A stretch of DNA of 41,736 nt from the IMG/VR virus record IMGVR_UViG_2529292910_000010, positions 1 through 41,736 of that record. One strand, 5' to 3'. The DNA comes from a virus. Its lineage: Duplodnaviria; Heunggongvirae; Uroviricota; Caudoviricetes. The translations under genes and the position numbers were made by a program. The notes beneath the pieces were generated by a model. It worked only from the letters and a program-made list of their open reading frames with translations. It made no database searches and was not told the DNA's origin. This document shows, piece after piece, positions 40,426 through 41,736 of this stretch. Positions within the stretch are counted from its first letter, which is position 1; each line of letters starts with the position of its first letter.

Positions 40426-41736
40426 ATGGATAAAGTCAAATATCCAACAGGCGTCGAAAACCACGGCGGCACATTACGCATCTGGTTTAATTTTAAAGGT
40501 AAACGTGTCAGGGAAAATCTTGGTGTCCCTGACACTGCCAAGAACAGGAAGATCGCCGGGGAACTGCGGACATCAGTATGTTTTGCCATCCGCACAGGAA
40601 GCTTTGATTATGCTGCACAGTTCCCTGACTCCCCCAACCTTCAGGCTTTTGGGGTAAGTAAAAAAGAAATTACGGTGAAGGAACTTGAAGAAAAGTGGCT
40701 GGATCTGAAACGAATGGAAATCTCTGCAAATGCATTCAATCGCTATGAATCCGTTGCAAGAACGATGGTTCCGAAAATTGGAGGCAGTAGACTGGTGTCA
40801 TCGGTAACCAAAGAGGAATTGCTGTATATCAGGAAAGATTTGCTGACCGGGTATCAGAATTCAATGAAAAACAAAGCAGCAAAAGGACGGAGCGTTGTTA
40901 CTGTAAATTATTACATGACGACAATCGCTGGAATGTTTCAGTTTGCTGCAGATCACGGTTACTTAGAAGCAAATCCCTTCCAGGGAATTAAGCCTCTTAA
41001 AAGAGCCAGGGCAGAGCCAGATCCGCTAACTCGTGACGAATTTATTCGCCTGATAGATGCTTGCCGACATCAGCAGACGAAAAACCTGTGGTCATTGGCT
41101 GTGTACACAGGAATGCGTCACGGTGAACTGGTCTCCCTGGCCTGGGAAGATATCGATCTGAAGGCAGGAACAATTACCATCAGGCGCAATTATACGAAAC
41201 TTGGTGAGTTCACTCTACCGAAAACTGAAGCAAGCACAAACAGGGTTGTGCACCTTATCCAGCCCGCTATCAGTGTCCTGAAAAATCAGGCTGAAATGAC
41301 AAGACTGGGTAAGCAGTACAACATCAAGGTGCAACTACGTGAATATGGACGTTCAGTGAACCATGAATGTACTTTCGTGTTTAACCCTCAAGTGGTTAGA
41401 AAAAGCGAACAGGTAGGTTTTGTCTACAAAGTCGATTCTGTAGGTGACTCATGGGAAACAGCCATTAAGCGTGCAGGGATCAGGCATCGAAAGGCATACC
41501 AGTCACGACACACTTATGCGTGCTGGTCATTATCTGCCGGAGCAAACCCAAGCTTCATTGCCAGCCAGATGGGCCATGCAAGTGCCCAGATGGTATTCAA
41601 TGTATACGGAGCATGGATGACTGACAGCAATGCAGAACAGATCGCAATGCTGAATCAGAAGCTGACAGATTATGTCCCAATGATGCCCCATAGTCACCAA
41701 AGTGACACCAGAGGCTTATTAAAATCAGTAAGTTAA
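40426..41736 (+). CDS. int: tyrosine-type site-specific integrase
   Basis: 436 aa; C-terminal catalytic region with conserved R...HxxR...Y context (RHGELVSL..., SRHTYACWSLSAGANPSFIASQMGHASAQMVFNVY); resembles Rac/IntR-type integrases as recalled. Confidence 0.9.
   Translation: MDKVKYPTGVENHGGTLRIWFNFKGKRVRENLGVPDTAKNRKIAGELRTSVCFAIRTGSFDYAAQFPDSPNLQAFGVSKKEITVKELEEKWLDLKRMEISANAFNRYESVARTMVPKIGGSRLVSSVTKEELLYIRKDLLTGYQNSMKNKAAKGRSVVTVNYYMTTIAGMFQFAADHGYLEANPFQGIKPLKRARAEPDPLTRDEFIRLIDACRHQQTKNLWSLAVYTGMRHGELVSLAWEDIDLKAGTITIRRNYTKLGEFTLPKTEASTNRVVHLIQPAISVLKNQAEMTRLGKQYNIKVQLREYGRSVNHECTFVFNPQVVRKSEQVGFVYKVDSVGDSWETAIKRAGIRHRKAYQSRHTYACWSLSAGANPSFIASQMGHASAQMVFNVYGAWMTDSNAEQIAMLNQKLTDYVPMMPHSHQSDTRGLLKSVS

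Overview
The window is a mosaic lambdoid prophage in reverse orientation, most likely enterobacterial (E. coli-like), and it appears defective. From left to right it holds: a dinI-like gene and a frameshifted ykgJ-like gene (1-860); a lambda-type tail/head/terminase module on the minus strand (J remnant through nu1, ~1.5-17.1 kb) ending at a lambda-identical cos site; a small AT-rich island with an RHH gene; an Stx-phage-like late region (Rz/Rz1, SAR endolysin, S21-type holin, nanS-p esterase, three tRNA genes, AraC-family regulator, Q antiterminator) with no stx genes; an early-right operon (cro-like through rusA, KilA-N, DUF968); a CI-type repressor; and a KplE1/CPS-53-like early-left operon ending in xis and int. 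Two large in-gene deletions (nu1-A and J-stf) argue that the prophage cannot package DNA or make a complete tail. The most interesting candidate for an undescribed system is an AT-rich cassette at 25.0-26.4 kb, inserted between Q and the apparent late promoter: a soluble protein followed by a four-helix membrane protein, the same layout as lambda RexA/RexB. Other points worth a second look are a promoter-plus-terminator island between tail genes I and J, a structured leader with no N gene downstream of the cI terminator, and a Rha protein with a 200-residue N-terminal extension. All calls rest on reading the sequence and recalled protein families; no database search was run.
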